Shown here: piece after piece, positions 21,538-31,367 of the stretch
Layout of the letters: each line of letters opens with the position of its first letter
Numbering within the stretch: position 1 is the first letter of the stretch
Assembly (NCBI GenBank): GCA_937928765.1
Contig: CALFVX010000015.1
Location: 34,410-98,409, forward strand
DNA: 64,000 nt
Direction: 5' to 3'
Source of the DNA: an uncultured Endomicrobiia bacterium
Lineage (GTDB): Bacteria; Elusimicrobiota; Endomicrobiia; DTEH01
Program-made: the position numbers and the translations under genes
Notes under the pieces: model-generated
Seen by the model: the letters and a program-made list of their open reading frames with translations, nothing else
What the model was told of the DNA's origin: nothing
Database searches by the model: none

Positions 21538-22707
21538 CTATGATATATTTAAAATATCATTTGTTCTATTTATCGAAAAAATTATACCTAATAAAAACCA
21601 AAATAAAAATGCTGTTTCTCCTCTTAAAACATTATCAACCATACCATGGACAAAAAAATCAATAAAACTTCCAAATATTCCTAAGTTAACAGACAGTATA
21701 AATTTATCTAAAACCATAAATTTATCTTTAAAATATAAAAATATATAAATTATCATTACAGCTAAAAATATAACACCAATAATACCTAAATCATTAAATG
21801 TTGTAAGAAAAATATTATGAGAATGAAAATGCTTAAATTTTTTCTCTGCAAAAATTTTAAATCCATCAACTCCATATCCTGTTATGATACGATAAGACTT
21901 CATTTTATCAAAAGATTCTTTCCAAAGTATATCTCTACCAGAAAATGTTTGGTCTTTAAAAGATAAAATTATTCTTTCTTTCACTGGTTTAATTATTAAA
22001 ACAGATAATATTGCAATAAAAATAATAATCAAAGTCTTACTTTTGAATTTTATTAAACTTATTGTAAAAATACCTAAAAAACATCCTATCCACGCACCTC
22101 GGGTTTTTGTAAAAATTAAAGATAAAACACAAGTAAAAAGTACTATTAAAAAAAATAATTTTTTTTTAGTATTTTTTTCTAACATGAATATACTAAATAT
22201 AAACGGCGTTATCATACCTAATAAACCACCTAAAGAATTATAATATCCCAATGTACCTCTTATTCTATCGTAAGCAACAATAGAAGAGTTTTTGTGTACC
22301 AAATCTATTCCAGTAAAATATTGTAGTAGCCCATATATTGACTGTAAAAATGCTGATATAATAATTATAAAAATTAATTTTTTTTTAAAATTAAAATCTT
22401 CAACATTTATAACATAAAATAACAATGAAATTTCTAAAATTTGTACAATTAATCTAGAAAAACTAATTTTTTTGTCAAGACTAAAAAACAAAGAAGTAAA
22501 AATACTCCAAAATAAAAGAAAAAACAATATTAATATAATTTTTTTATTTTCATCATCTGTATATAAATAAATCTTATTTTTTTTAAACAATATAATAAAT
22601 AAACCAAAAATACCTAAAACTGCAGATATATTTATTCCAGAAATACCCATAAAAGAAAATGCAGCATATATAACTAAAAATATTCTAAGCAATAAATCAC
22701 TTTTCAT
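21538..22707 (-). CDS. O-antigen ligase / O-antigen polymerase family membrane protein
   Basis: 389 aa with about 10 TM helices and a larger loop (…HNIFLTTFNDLGIIG…), the Wzy_C/WaaL-like architecture. LPS gene context. Confidence 0.5.
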   Translation of the reverse strand: MKSDLLLRIFLVIYAAFSFMGISGINISAVLGIFGLFIILFKKNKIYLYTDDENKKIILILFFLLFWSIFTSLFFSLDKKISFSRLIVQILEISLLFYVINVEDFNFKKKLIFIIIISAFLQSIYGLLQYFTGIDLVHKNSSIVAYDRIRGTLGYYNSLGGLLGMITPFIFSIFMLEKNTKKKLFFLIVLFTCVLSLIFTKTRGAWIGCFLGIFTISLIKFKSKTLIIIFIAILSVLIIKPVKERIILSFKDQTFSGRDILWKESFDKMKSYRIITGYGVDGFKIFAEKKFKHFHSHNIFLTTFNDLGIIGVIFLAVMIIYIFLYFKDKFMVLDKFILSVNLGIFGSFIDFFVHGMVDNVLRGETAFLFWFLLGIIFSINRTNDILNIS

Positions 22708-22725
22708 AATATTTCTACACTACAG

Positions 22726-23112
22726 TTATCTAGCAAGATTTTTTTCTCTTGGTATCCAATAAAAACCGGCTGATAAAAAATTTGTTAACAAATTTCTAAC
22801 TTTGCTTCTTAAAGTCCTTAATTGTGGATCTTTACATTCATAGTCTCCTTTGAGTTGTTTAATAACTAATTGTGAGTCACCAAAAATTTCCAGTTCAATT
22901 TCTTTTATATTAAAATTATTTTTATTAAAATATTCGATTGTTTTATTTATACCTTCTATCAAACCTTGATATTCTGCTTGAGGAACTGTAATTTCTTGAG
23001 GTAAAATTAAAGTTTCTTCAAATATTCTTTCTTCTTGTTGTGAAAATAAAACATAACTACAACTTGTGCCTTTAGTTGTTTTATTACCATCAAAAAAAAG
23101 TTTGAATTTCAT
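22726..23112 (-). CDS. RNase H-like (type 1) domain protein
   Basis: 128 aa. FFDG (first Asp), AEYQGLIEG (Glu), FGDSQLVIKQL (Asp), WIPREKN. Ends before the usual fourth acidic residue. Confidence 0.6.
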   Translation of the reverse strand: MKFKLFFDGNKTTKGTSCSYVLFSQQEERIFEETLILPQEITVPQAEYQGLIEGINKTIEYFNKNNFNIKEIELEIFGDSQLVIKQLKGDYECKDPQLRTLRSKVRNLLTNFLSAGFYWIPREKNLAR

Positions 23113-23117
23113 AAAAA

Positions 23118-23453
23118 TTAATTTTTAGTAATGTTTTTATTATTAGTATCTTTTTTGTTAGTAGCAGCAATTTTATCAATAATAGATTTTAATTTAAACT
23201 TAATTTCTTTTTGTATTTTTTTATCTATGTTGTTTATATCTTTATTAATTATTTTTTTGTATATAAATTCTTTTATAGGGAAAGATTTTATTGATACCAT
23301 TGGTAAAATTAAATAATTTGCCAAATATAAAAATAAAAATCCTATTATTAACCATAGGAAAATTTTAAATACCAAAGATGTAATTTTTATTAAAATCTGC
23401 ACTAAAATAAGAATTAAAATTACTACTATAATAAACCAAAAAAATTTATCCAT
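23118..23453 (-). CDS. small membrane protein, hypothetical
   Basis: 111 aa, two predicted TM helices, Lys-rich tail, co-oriented with neighbours. Uncertain in AT-rich DNA; an antisense hydrophobic ORF also exists at 23131..23316. Confidence 0.35.
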   Translation of the reverse strand: MDKFFWFIIVVILILILVQILIKITSLVFKIFLWLIIGFLFLYLANYLILPMVSIKSFPIKEFIYKKIINKDINNIDKKIQKEIKFKLKSIIDKIAATNKKDTNNKNITKN

Positions 23454-23472
23454 AATAAGTTATCTGTAAAAA

Positions 23473-23706
23473 TCAAACAGTTTCTACAGACTTTACTTCC
23501 GGAATATTTTTTTTCAAATATCCTTCAATACCTAATTTTAAAGTCATTATTGACATTGAACAATGAGCACAACTTCCTTGTAACCTAACTTTCACAACAC
23601 CATCTTCTGTAATCTCAACCAACTCTACATCACCACCATCTCGTTGCAACATCGGCCTTACTTCTTCTATCTTTTGTTTTATTTTTTCTTTTATTTCTTG
23701 TTGCAT
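23473..23706 (-). CDS. NifU-like (Nfu) Fe-S cluster scaffold domain protein
   Basis: 77 aa; GGDVELV...V.L.GSCAHCSMS..TLK.GIE matches the NifU C-terminal domain with a CxxC pair. Confidence 0.8.
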   Translation of the reverse strand: MQQEIKEKIKQKIEEVRPMLQRDGGDVELVEITEDGVVKVRLQGSCAHCSMSIMTLKLGIEGYLKKNIPEVKSVETV

Positions 23707-23720
23707 ATTTTAACTCCCCA

Positions 23721-24413
23721 TTACTTAATTGACTTAACTTTTCTTATAAACTCTTTCATTTTACCAAAATCTTTCCTTCGTGGTAATCTTTCAACACCAG
23801 AAGCTACATCTACTGCCCACGGATCTAATTCTTCTATTACTTTTTCTACATTATCTGTATTTAATCCACCAGCTACAAAAAAATTAATACTTAAATTTTC
23901 AGTTTGCATTTTTTCTTTAAACTTTTTTACTACAGACCAACAAAATATCTCTCCTGTGCCACCAGATTCTGTTTCTATATAAGTATCAAATAATATATAA
24001 TCAATGTATTCTTTATATTGAAAAATTTTTTGATATAAATTTTCAGCATATTCTTCTATATTTTTTATTTCAACTTCGGGTTTTATTTTAAAAACTTTTA
24101 TAATTTTAATATTAGAAGTTGATAATTTTAAATTTTTACAATACTCAACTTCCTCATTTCCATGAAGTTGAATATAGTTAATCCCAATTTTATTAACAAC
24201 TTTTAAAATTTCTTCTAAACTTTCATCAACAAAAACGCCTACAAAATAAGTATATGAAGCTAAACTGCTAACTATCTCTTTAGCATTTTTTAAAGAAACT
24301 TTTCTTATAGAATTTTTATATAAATTCAGTCCAATAAAATCGGCTCCTAAACTTGATGCCCAAAAAGCATCTTCTTTGTTTGTAACTCCACAAATTTTAA
24401 CTTTTACTGTCAT
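23721..24413 (-). CDS. trpF: phosphoribosylanthranilate isomerase
   Basis: 230 aa; KICGVTNKEDA start and TIM-barrel PRAI pattern; follows trpC. Confidence 0.8.
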   Translation of the reverse strand: MTVKVKICGVTNKEDAFWASSLGADFIGLNLYKNSIRKVSLKNAKEIVSSLASYTYFVGVFVDESLEEILKVVNKIGINYIQLHGNEEVEYCKNLKLSTSNIKIIKVFKIKPEVEIKNIEEYAENLYQKIFQYKEYIDYILFDTYIETESGGTGEIFCWSVVKKFKEKMQTENLSINFFVAGGLNTDNVEKVIEELDPWAVDVASGVERLPRRKDFGKMKEFIRKVKSIK

Positions 24414-24418
24414 ATCTC

Positions 24419-25219
24419 TTAAAAAAAATCCTTTACTGAATTCTTTATATCATTTGACATCATAAAATAACTCCCAACTAAAATTGCATCTACACCTAAA
24501 CTTGACAAATATTCAACATCCTTTTTTGACGAAATACCGCTTTCTGAAACTATAACAGTATTTTTAAGACTATATAATAACTTTAATATTTTTTCTGTAT
24601 TTCTTAGATCTACTAAAAAATTTTCTAAATTTCTATTGTTAATACCAATAATCTCTGCTTCTAAAGATGAAATTTTTTTAACATCTTCTTCAGAATAAAC
24701 TTCAAATAAAACTTCTAAAGACAAATTTTTGGATATTTCATAAAATCTTTTCAACTTATCTTTATCTAATATTGAAACTATAATTAAAATAGCATCTGCT
24801 TGGTAATATAAACTTTCATATATTTGATACTCATCTATAACAAAATCCTTTCTTAGAATAGGTAAAGGAATATTCTCTCTTGCATGAATTAAATGATATA
24901 AATCGCCATAAAAAAATTTTTCTTCAGTTAAAACAGATATCGCATCTACTAAATTTGTACTATAATATTGTTTAACTATTTCTTTAACATCATAATTTTG
25001 TCTTATTATACCTTTTTGTGGAGTTGCTTTTTTACACTCTCCTATTAGAGCAACCCTTTCATTTTTTCTTTTAACTGCTTCTTTAAAATTTCTATGTAAA
25101 TAGTTACAATCTTCAATTTTTTTTAAAATTTCTTCTATTGGCAAAACTTTCTTTTTATACTCTACAATTTTATATTTTTCTTCTATTATTTTATCTATTA
25201 CTGAATGTAATTTAATCAT
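24419..25219 (-). CDS. trpC: indole-3-glycerol phosphate synthase
   Basis: 266 aa with IGPS blocks ([38 protein letters not shown]); between trpD and trpF. Confidence 0.85.
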   Translation of the reverse strand: MIKLHSVIDKIIEEKYKIVEYKKKVLPIEEILKKIEDCNYLHRNFKEAVKRKNERVALIGECKKATPQKGIIRQNYDVKEIVKQYYSTNLVDAISVLTEEKFFYGDLYHLIHARENIPLPILRKDFVIDEYQIYESLYYQADAILIIVSILDKDKLKRFYEISKNLSLEVLFEVYSEEDVKKISSLEAEIIGINNRNLENFLVDLRNTEKILKLLYSLKNTVIVSESGISSKKDVEYLSSLGVDAILVGSYFMMSNDIKNSVKDFF

Positions 25220-26270
25220 TTGTATATTTTTTTAACAATTCAAGTTTTTTTAGTGCATAACCTCTATCTATAGATTCATTTGCAAATTTAATTCCTTCAT
25301 TAACATCATTAACTTTCTCTGAAGCAACTAATGCAAATGCTGAATTCAACAAAACTACATCTTTTTTTGCACCTTTTTCTTTTCCAGAAAGAATATCAAC
25401 TATTATTTGAGCATTTTGTTTTACATCACCACCTTTTAAATCTTCCAACTTTGCCCTACTTATTCCATATTGTTCAGGAACAACTATATATTTCTTAATC
25501 TTACCATATTTAATCTCTGCAATAACTGTCTCTGTTGTAGTAGTTATTTCATCTAGATTATCCCTACCATATACTACAAATCCATGTTTTATATTTAAAT
25601 TTTTTAAAACCTCGGCAATAGGCAAAACTAAATCTTCAGAATATACTCCTAAAACTTGTGCATTAGCATACGCAGGATTTGCTAATGGTCCTATTATGTT
25701 AAAAATTGTCCTTATACCAATTTGTCTTCTTGGACCTATTGCATACTTCATTGCAGTATGCCACACAGGAGCAAATAAAAATACAATCCCTATTTCTGAT
25801 AAACACCTTTCTGCTTGTTCTTTTGTAATATCTAACTTTATACCTAACTGTTCAATAACATCTGCTGAACCACAAATAGAAGAAACAGATCTATTACCAT
25901 GTTTTGCAACAAAAACATCACACCCTGCTACTACAAAAGCTACTGCTGTAGAAATATTAAATGTTTTAGTAGAATCTCCTCCAGTACCACAAGTGTCAAC
26001 TATTGTGTCATAATCAATGTTAATATCGTTAAAAGCAATACTAACAAGCTTTCCTTTTGTCAACTTAATAGAAGTAACAAATTGTCTTAAAACTTTTGCA
26101 GCACCAGTAATCTCTTCAACTGTTTCACCTTTCATCCTTAACGCTGTAAGAAAAGAAGCAATTTGAGCTTCAGTAGCTACACCAGACATAATTTCTGTCA
26201 TAACTTCTATCATTTCTGTATAAGTAAGATTTTCTCTGTTTACAACTTTTTGTATTGCTTCTTTTATCAT
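25212..26270 (-). CDS. trpD: anthranilate phosphoribosyltransferase
   Basis: 352 aa; [18 protein letters not shown] glycine-rich PRPP loop; KHGNRS; AnPRT fold-size. Confidence 0.9.
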   Translation of the reverse strand: MIKEAIQKVVNRENLTYTEMIEVMTEIMSGVATEAQIASFLTALRMKGETVEEITGAAKVLRQFVTSIKLTKGKLVSIAFNDINIDYDTIVDTCGTGGDSTKTFNISTAVAFVVAGCDVFVAKHGNRSVSSICGSADVIEQLGIKLDITKEQAERCLSEIGIVFLFAPVWHTAMKYAIGPRRQIGIRTIFNIIGPLANPAYANAQVLGVYSEDLVLPIAEVLKNLNIKHGFVVYGRDNLDEITTTTETVIAEIKYGKIKKYIVVPEQYGISRAKLEDLKGGDVKQNAQIIVDILSGKEKGAKKDVVLLNSAFALVASEKVNDVNEGIKFANESIDRGYALKKLELLKKYTND

Positions 26271-26545
26271 ACTAAAAATCCTTTTTGTAAAAACAATTTT
26301 TGTTAACTTTTTTATTAAAATTTTGTATAAAATAAAAAATTTTAATAAATTCCTTCTTAAGAAAACAAATAACTGCTCTGCACTATTTTATAACATTTTT
26401 ATTTTTCATATCTTTTATTTTTTCAATTTATCTTTAGCACTTAAGTAGCTTCTACAACTTAACCTAAATTTTTCACTTCCTAACTTTCTGACTTTATCTT
26501 CATGACAACTAATAACTTTAATCTCTATTCTAATTGAACAATTAA

Positions 26546-27151
26546 CTACTTTCTTTCCAATTTTAATTTTAAAAAATTAAACAACAAATCTTTGCCTGCT
26601 TCTGTAAGAATTGATTCTGGATGGAACTGTACTCCTTCTACTATAAAGTTCTTATCTTTCATTCTCACACCCATAATTGTGCCATCATTTGTCCAACTTG
26701 TAATTTCTAAATTTTTTGGTAGAGATACCCTTTCTGCAATTAATGAATGATATCTTGTAGCAACAAATGGATTTTTTATATTTTTATAAATTGTTTTTTT
26801 ATCATGAAAAATTTCTGAAATTTTACCATGAACAATCTTTTTTGCACGAACAATTTTTCCACCAAATGCTTCAACTATACACTGATGCCCTAAACATACG
26901 CCTAAAATTGGTGTTGTCGAACAAAAATTTTTTACAACTTCCAAAGAAATCCCTGCTTGTTTTGGTGTAGATGGTCCTGGAGAGATTATTATATATTTTG
27001 GTTTTAATTTCTTTATCATTTTAATATTAATTTTATCATTTCGAAAAACTTTTATAGGAAAATTTAATTCTTTGTTAGCAAGACAAATTTCACCAATATA
27101 TTGTAAAAGATTATAGGTGAACGAATCATAATTATCTATTATAAGTATCAT
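26546..27151 (-). CDS. trpG: anthranilate synthase component II (glutamine amidotransferase)
   Basis: 201 aa class I GATase: ILIIDNYDSFTYNL, GVCLGHQ (catalytic Cys), HPES. Confidence 0.9.
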   Translation of the reverse strand: MILIIDNYDSFTYNLLQYIGEICLANKELNFPIKVFRNDKINIKMIKKLKPKYIIISPGPSTPKQAGISLEVVKNFCSTTPILGVCLGHQCIVEAFGGKIVRAKKIVHGKISEIFHDKKTIYKNIKNPFVATRYHSLIAERVSLPKNLEITSWTNDGTIMGVRMKDKNFIVEGVQFHPESILTEAGKDLLFNFLKLKLERK

Positions 27152-27196
27152 TTTAAACCACCTTGTATTTAAATCTATTATAAAAATTTTTTATTA

Positions 27197-28714
27197 TTAG
27201 CTTATTTTAAAAATATCTTCTGCTGTATCAACGGCTAGTATTAAAGCTTTTGCTTTATTTATAGTTTCTTCAAACTCTTTTTCTGCAACAGAATCATAAA
27301 CTATTCCTGCTCCTGACTGGATATAAACTTTTTTATTTTTATATACAATAGTTCTTATAGTAATTGCCATATCCATATTACCTGTTATACTAAAATATCC
27401 TACTGCACCTGCGTAAGGACCTCTTGTTTCTCTTTCAAGTTTTGAAATAATCTGCATAGCACGCACTTTTGGTGCACCACATACTGTTCCTGCTGGGAAA
27501 CAAGATTTTAATACATCTACACAATCAAAATTTTTTTTAATTATACCTTTTACTGAAGAAACTATATGCATAACATGAGAAAATTTCTCTATGATTTTAA
27601 ATTGTGGTAAGTTTATGCTATTATATTTTGCAATTTTCCCTATATCATTACGTGCTAAATCTACAAGCATTATATGTTCTGCATTCTCTTTTTCAGAATC
27701 TAATAATTCCTTTTCATAATTTATTTCTTCTTCTTCAGTAAGTCCTCGTGGACGTGTACCAGCTATGGGTCGTGTCTCAACTATATTATCCTCTTTTCTT
27801 ACAAGAATTTCAGGTGAAGAACCAACAAGTATTAAATCATCAAATTTTAAATAAAACATATAAGGTGATGGATTTATTATTCGTAATGTTCTATACACAT
27901 CAAACATTTCTGCAGATGTTTTTTTATATAATCTTCTTGATAAAACAACTTGTATGATTTCTCCGTTATTTATGTATCTTTTTGCTTTTTCTACAATATT
28001 TATAAAATTTTTTTTATCAATATTTGATTCATAATTTTTAATATTTATATTTCTATTTGGAACAAAGAAATTTTTTGTAGACAACAATTTTGTTGTTATT
28101 TTTTTCTCTATTTTATTTATTTCTTTTTCAGCATTTAAATACAATTCTTCAAGGTTAGATTTATCTTCAACCAATGCTAAATATATGATTTTGAGTTTAT
28201 TAAGATAATGGTCAAGTATTAACACTACCTGGTTAAACATTAAATAAATATCGTAGATATCATTAAACTCATCTTTCTTTGGTATTTTAACAGTTTCTTC
28301 TATAAGATGAATATTTTCATAACTAATATATCCAACTAAACCACCAAAAAATCGTGGAAACGATTTTATCTCAAAAAAAGGTGTGTGAAATTGTTTTAAA
28401 ATTTTTTTAATTTCATCAAAAGGTTGTGAATTGTAAGTTTCAATCTTTTGATTTCTTACAACTTTTATTTTATTTTGTTTTGAAGAAAAAAGTAAATATG
28501 GAGAATATGATATAAAAGAATATCTTCCCCACTGGAGATTTGTCTCTGCACTTTCAAGTAAATAAGAAAATTTTTCTTCATTTGCAGTTTTTAAAAACAA
28601 AGATACTGCTGTTTCGGTATCAACTATTATCTCCTTATATATCGGTACAACCAAAATTTTTTTAAGAATAAAATTTTTTTTTACTATGGAAGAAAACTCT
28701 TTAAAACTAATCAT
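27197..28714 (-). CDS. trpE: anthranilate synthase component I
   Basis: 505 aa chorismate-binding enzyme (LESAE, PYMFY, GSSPE, RGPYAGAVGY, GAGIV); adjacent trpG. Confidence 0.9.
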   Translation of the reverse strand: MISFKEFSSIVKKNFILKKILVVPIYKEIIVDTETAVSLFLKTANEEKFSYLLESAETNLQWGRYSFISYSPYLLFSSKQNKIKVVRNQKIETYNSQPFDEIKKILKQFHTPFFEIKSFPRFFGGLVGYISYENIHLIEETVKIPKKDEFNDIYDIYLMFNQVVLILDHYLNKLKIIYLALVEDKSNLEELYLNAEKEINKIEKKITTKLLSTKNFFVPNRNINIKNYESNIDKKNFINIVEKAKRYINNGEIIQVVLSRRLYKKTSAEMFDVYRTLRIINPSPYMFYLKFDDLILVGSSPEILVRKEDNIVETRPIAGTRPRGLTEEEEINYEKELLDSEKENAEHIMLVDLARNDIGKIAKYNSINLPQFKIIEKFSHVMHIVSSVKGIIKKNFDCVDVLKSCFPAGTVCGAPKVRAMQIISKLERETRGPYAGAVGYFSITGNMDMAITIRTIVYKNKKVYIQSGAGIVYDSVAEKEFEETINKAKALILAVDTAEDIFKIS

Positions 28715-28751
28715 AAGTTAAAAACTTAAGAAAAGTTAGAAAATAATGATT

Positions 28752-29165
28752 TTATTTATAAACTTTTTGTGGGTCAAAAATTTTTTTGTCTACTATTTTA
28801 AAATCAAAATTTTTTGTTATTTTTCTAAAAAAACAACTTTCGTATCCAGTATGGCATGCTGCTTTACCTATTTGGTTAACTTTTATTAATATACAATCAT
28901 TATCACAATCTATATAAATATCTTTAACTTTTTGTATATTTCCTGATTGTTCACCTTTCATCCATAGCTTTTTTCTTGACCTGCTGTAGAAATGCGTTTT
29001 TTTTGTAGACAAAGTTTTTAAAAATGCTTCTTTATTCATATAAGCTAACATCAAAACTTTATCTGTTTTATAATCTTGTATTATTACAGGAACTAATCCT
29101 TGGTCATTAAATTTTATATTTTCTATTATTTTCTCAAATTGTTTATTATCCAACCTCATCTCCAT
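28752..29165 (-). CDS. hisI: phosphoribosyl-AMP cyclohydrolase
   Basis: 137 aa; VPVIIQD...VLMLAYMN...FYSRSR..LW.KGE.SGN...DCD.D...ACHTGYESCF aligns with the HisI PRA-CH domain. Confidence 0.85.
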   Translation of the reverse strand: MEMRLDNKQFEKIIENIKFNDQGLVPVIIQDYKTDKVLMLAYMNKEAFLKTLSTKKTHFYSRSRKKLWMKGEQSGNIQKVKDIYIDCDNDCILIKVNQIGKAACHTGYESCFFRKITKNFDFKIVDKKIFDPQKVYK

Positions 29166-29240
29166 ATAAATATTTTTCTAAATTTTTCAAAAACTCTATA
29201 TATTCTTTAAACTATTTTTCAAAATAATCAATCTGTATAT

Positions 29241-29972
29241 TTAAGAAAAAATTTTAACTGCTTCTTCAAACTTTATTGTTTCAGCATATAATGCTTTACC
29301 AATTATTAATCCTTTAACTTTAAAAGATTCCAACAATTTTACTTTTTTAACATCTTCTATTGTAGTAATACCTCCAGAAAGAATTATCTCGAAATTAAAA
29401 TCTTTAATTTCATTAAGAATACTATAAATCTTATCAAAATTAAACCCTTCTAACATACCTTCTTTATCTATGTCAGTCAATATTATCTCTTTTACTCCTA
29501 ATGATTTTACTTTCTCTAAAAACTCTGTAATTTTAATAGGCAGTTCTTCTTTCCAACCTCCTATTGCAATTTTATTTTCTTTAACATCAACTGCAACAAT
29601 TATCTTTTCTTTAAAATTTTTTACAATTTCTTTTGCTTCTTTAGGATTACTTAAAACTATTGTACCAATTATTATTTTATCTATACCTATTTTATCAAGT
29701 TCAGAAACTGTTTTTAAACTCCTCACTCCACCACCAAACTCTATTTTGATACTTAAACTATTCCTTATTTGTTTTATTATCTCCCAATGTTGTACAGCAC
29801 CGCTATATGCTCCATCAAGATCTATAAGATGCAGCCTTTTTGCACCTTTTGATTGCCACAATTTTGCAATAAAAACAGGTTCGTTAGAATAAACAGTTTC
29901 TTTATCTAGCCTACCTTGTGTAAGACTAACACATTTGCCTTGATGTAAGTCTAATGCTGGAATTATTATCAT
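29241..29972 (-). CDS. hisA: 1-(5-phosphoribosyl)-5-[(5-phosphoribosylamino)methylideneamino]imidazole-4-carboxamide isomerase
   Basis: 243 aa; MIIIPALDL..G.CV.L start, GGGVRS, SGGI; HisA TIM barrel. Confidence 0.85.
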   Translation of the reverse strand: MIIIPALDLHQGKCVSLTQGRLDKETVYSNEPVFIAKLWQSKGAKRLHLIDLDGAYSGAVQHWEIIKQIRNSLSIKIEFGGGVRSLKTVSELDKIGIDKIIIGTIVLSNPKEAKEIVKNFKEKIIVAVDVKENKIAIGGWKEELPIKITEFLEKVKSLGVKEIILTDIDKEGMLEGFNFDKIYSILNEIKDFNFEIILSGGITTIEDVKKVKLLESFKVKGLIIGKALYAETIKFEEAVKIFS

Positions 29973-29975
29973 ATA

Positions 29976-31349
29976 TTATATTTGTTGGTAGATATATTTT
30001 TGAAGAAAATTTGTGCAAACATCACCTTCAATAAACGCCTGTGTTTGAAGAACTTTTTTATGAAATGGTATAGTAGTTTTTATACCATTAATTTTAAACT
30101 CTTCTAATGCACGAAGCATTTTTTTTATTGCTTCTTGTCTTGTAGAGGACACAACAATAAGTTTTGCTATTAAAGAATCATAAAAAGTTGGTATTGTATA
30201 TCCTGCATAAATGTGAGTATCAACCCTTATCCCATTGCCTCCTGGTAAAACTACATTCTCAATTTTTCCAGGTGATGGAAAGAAATCTTTCTGAGGATCT
30301 TCAGCGTTTATTCTACACTCTAATGAATGTCCACAAATAGAAATATCTTCCGAGGTAAATTTTAGCTTATCTCCTGAAGCAATAAGTATTTGTTCTTTTA
30401 TAAGGTCTAAACCTACTTTATTTTTTATCATAGATATAGATTCTGTTACTGGATGTTCAACTTGTATCCTTGTGTTCATTTCCATAAAATAAAAATTACC
30501 TTTTTTATCCATTATAAATTCTACAGTTCCTGCAGAATAATACCCTATCTCTTCTACAAGTTTTACTGCAGCACGCCCTAACTTTTTCCTTAGTTTTTCG
30601 TCAACTACAACACAAGGACTTTCTTCTATCAACTTCTGGTGTCTTCTTTGTACAGAACAATCTCGTTCAGGAAAATACACAACATTGCCTTTTTTATCCG
30701 CTAAGATTTGTACTTCAATATGTTTTGGTTCCTCAATATATTTTTCAATATAAATCTTATCTGAACCAAAAGCTTTTTTAGATTCTTCCATGGCAGTTAA
30801 CAATGCTATCTTCAATGATTCTTCAGAATTCACAATTCTCATACCTTTACCACCACCACCATGCGCTGCTTTTATTATTATTGGAAAACCAATTTTTTTT
30901 ATTTCTTTAATTAATTTTGGATCTTCCGGATTTGATATAGACTCTTCTATCCCTGGAACTATTGGAACACCAGCTTTTTTTGCAATCCTTTTAGCTTCAA
31001 TTTTATCCCCCATTTTTTCAATACTATCTTTTGACGGACCAACAAAAGTTATACCACAAGTCTCACAAACCTCTGCAAAATGTGAATTTTCAGCCAAAAA
31101 TCCATATCCTGGATGAACAGCATCTGCATTTGTGGCTTCACAAGCAGATATTATATTAGGTATTGAAAGATAACTTTCAGTAGCAGAAGCTGGGCCTATA
31201 CAAATTTTTTCATCAGCCAACATAGTATGTAGACAATCTTTGTCTGCTTCAGAATATATAGCCACAGTTTTTATACCTAACTCTTTTGCAGAACGCATGA
31301 TTCTTATTGCAATCTCGCCCCTGTTTGCTACAAGAAGCTTGTTTATCAT
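29976..31349 (-). CDS. accC: biotin carboxylase (acetyl-CoA carboxylase subunit)
   Basis: 457 aa; KLLVANRGEIAIRI, ATP-grasp GGGGKGMRIV, MEMNTRIQVEHPVTE. Immediately downstream of accB. Confidence 0.9.
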   Translation of the reverse strand: MINKLLVANRGEIAIRIMRSAKELGIKTVAIYSEADKDCLHTMLADEKICIGPASATESYLSIPNIISACEATNADAVHPGYGFLAENSHFAEVCETCGITFVGPSKDSIEKMGDKIEAKRIAKKAGVPIVPGIEESISNPEDPKLIKEIKKIGFPIIIKAAHGGGGKGMRIVNSEESLKIALLTAMEESKKAFGSDKIYIEKYIEEPKHIEVQILADKKGNVVYFPERDCSVQRRHQKLIEESPCVVVDEKLRKKLGRAAVKLVEEIGYYSAGTVEFIMDKKGNFYFMEMNTRIQVEHPVTESISMIKNKVGLDLIKEQILIASGDKLKFTSEDISICGHSLECRINAEDPQKDFFPSPGKIENVVLPGGNGIRVDTHIYAGYTIPTFYDSLIAKLIVVSSTRQEAIKKMLRALEEFKINGIKTTIPFHKKVLQTQAFIEGDVCTNFLQKYIYQQI

Positions 31350-31367
31350 TTTTACCTCTTTTTATTT

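Noticed and set aside
23131-23316. 61-aa hydrophobic plus-strand ORF.
   Set aside because: It is antisense to the 111-aa minus-strand small membrane ORF that is co-oriented with the operon. In AT-rich DNA both strands translate to Leu/Ile/Phe-rich peptides. I kept only the co-oriented one, at low confidence.
26271-26545. T-box riboswitch, tRNA or Trp leader-peptide attenuator in the trp operon gap.
   Set aside because: No T-box consensus (AATTAGGGTGG-like) is present. There are no tandem TGG codons in any short ORF. No cloverleaf-compatible GC-rich stems are visible. The gap is kept as an unexplained-spacer finding only.
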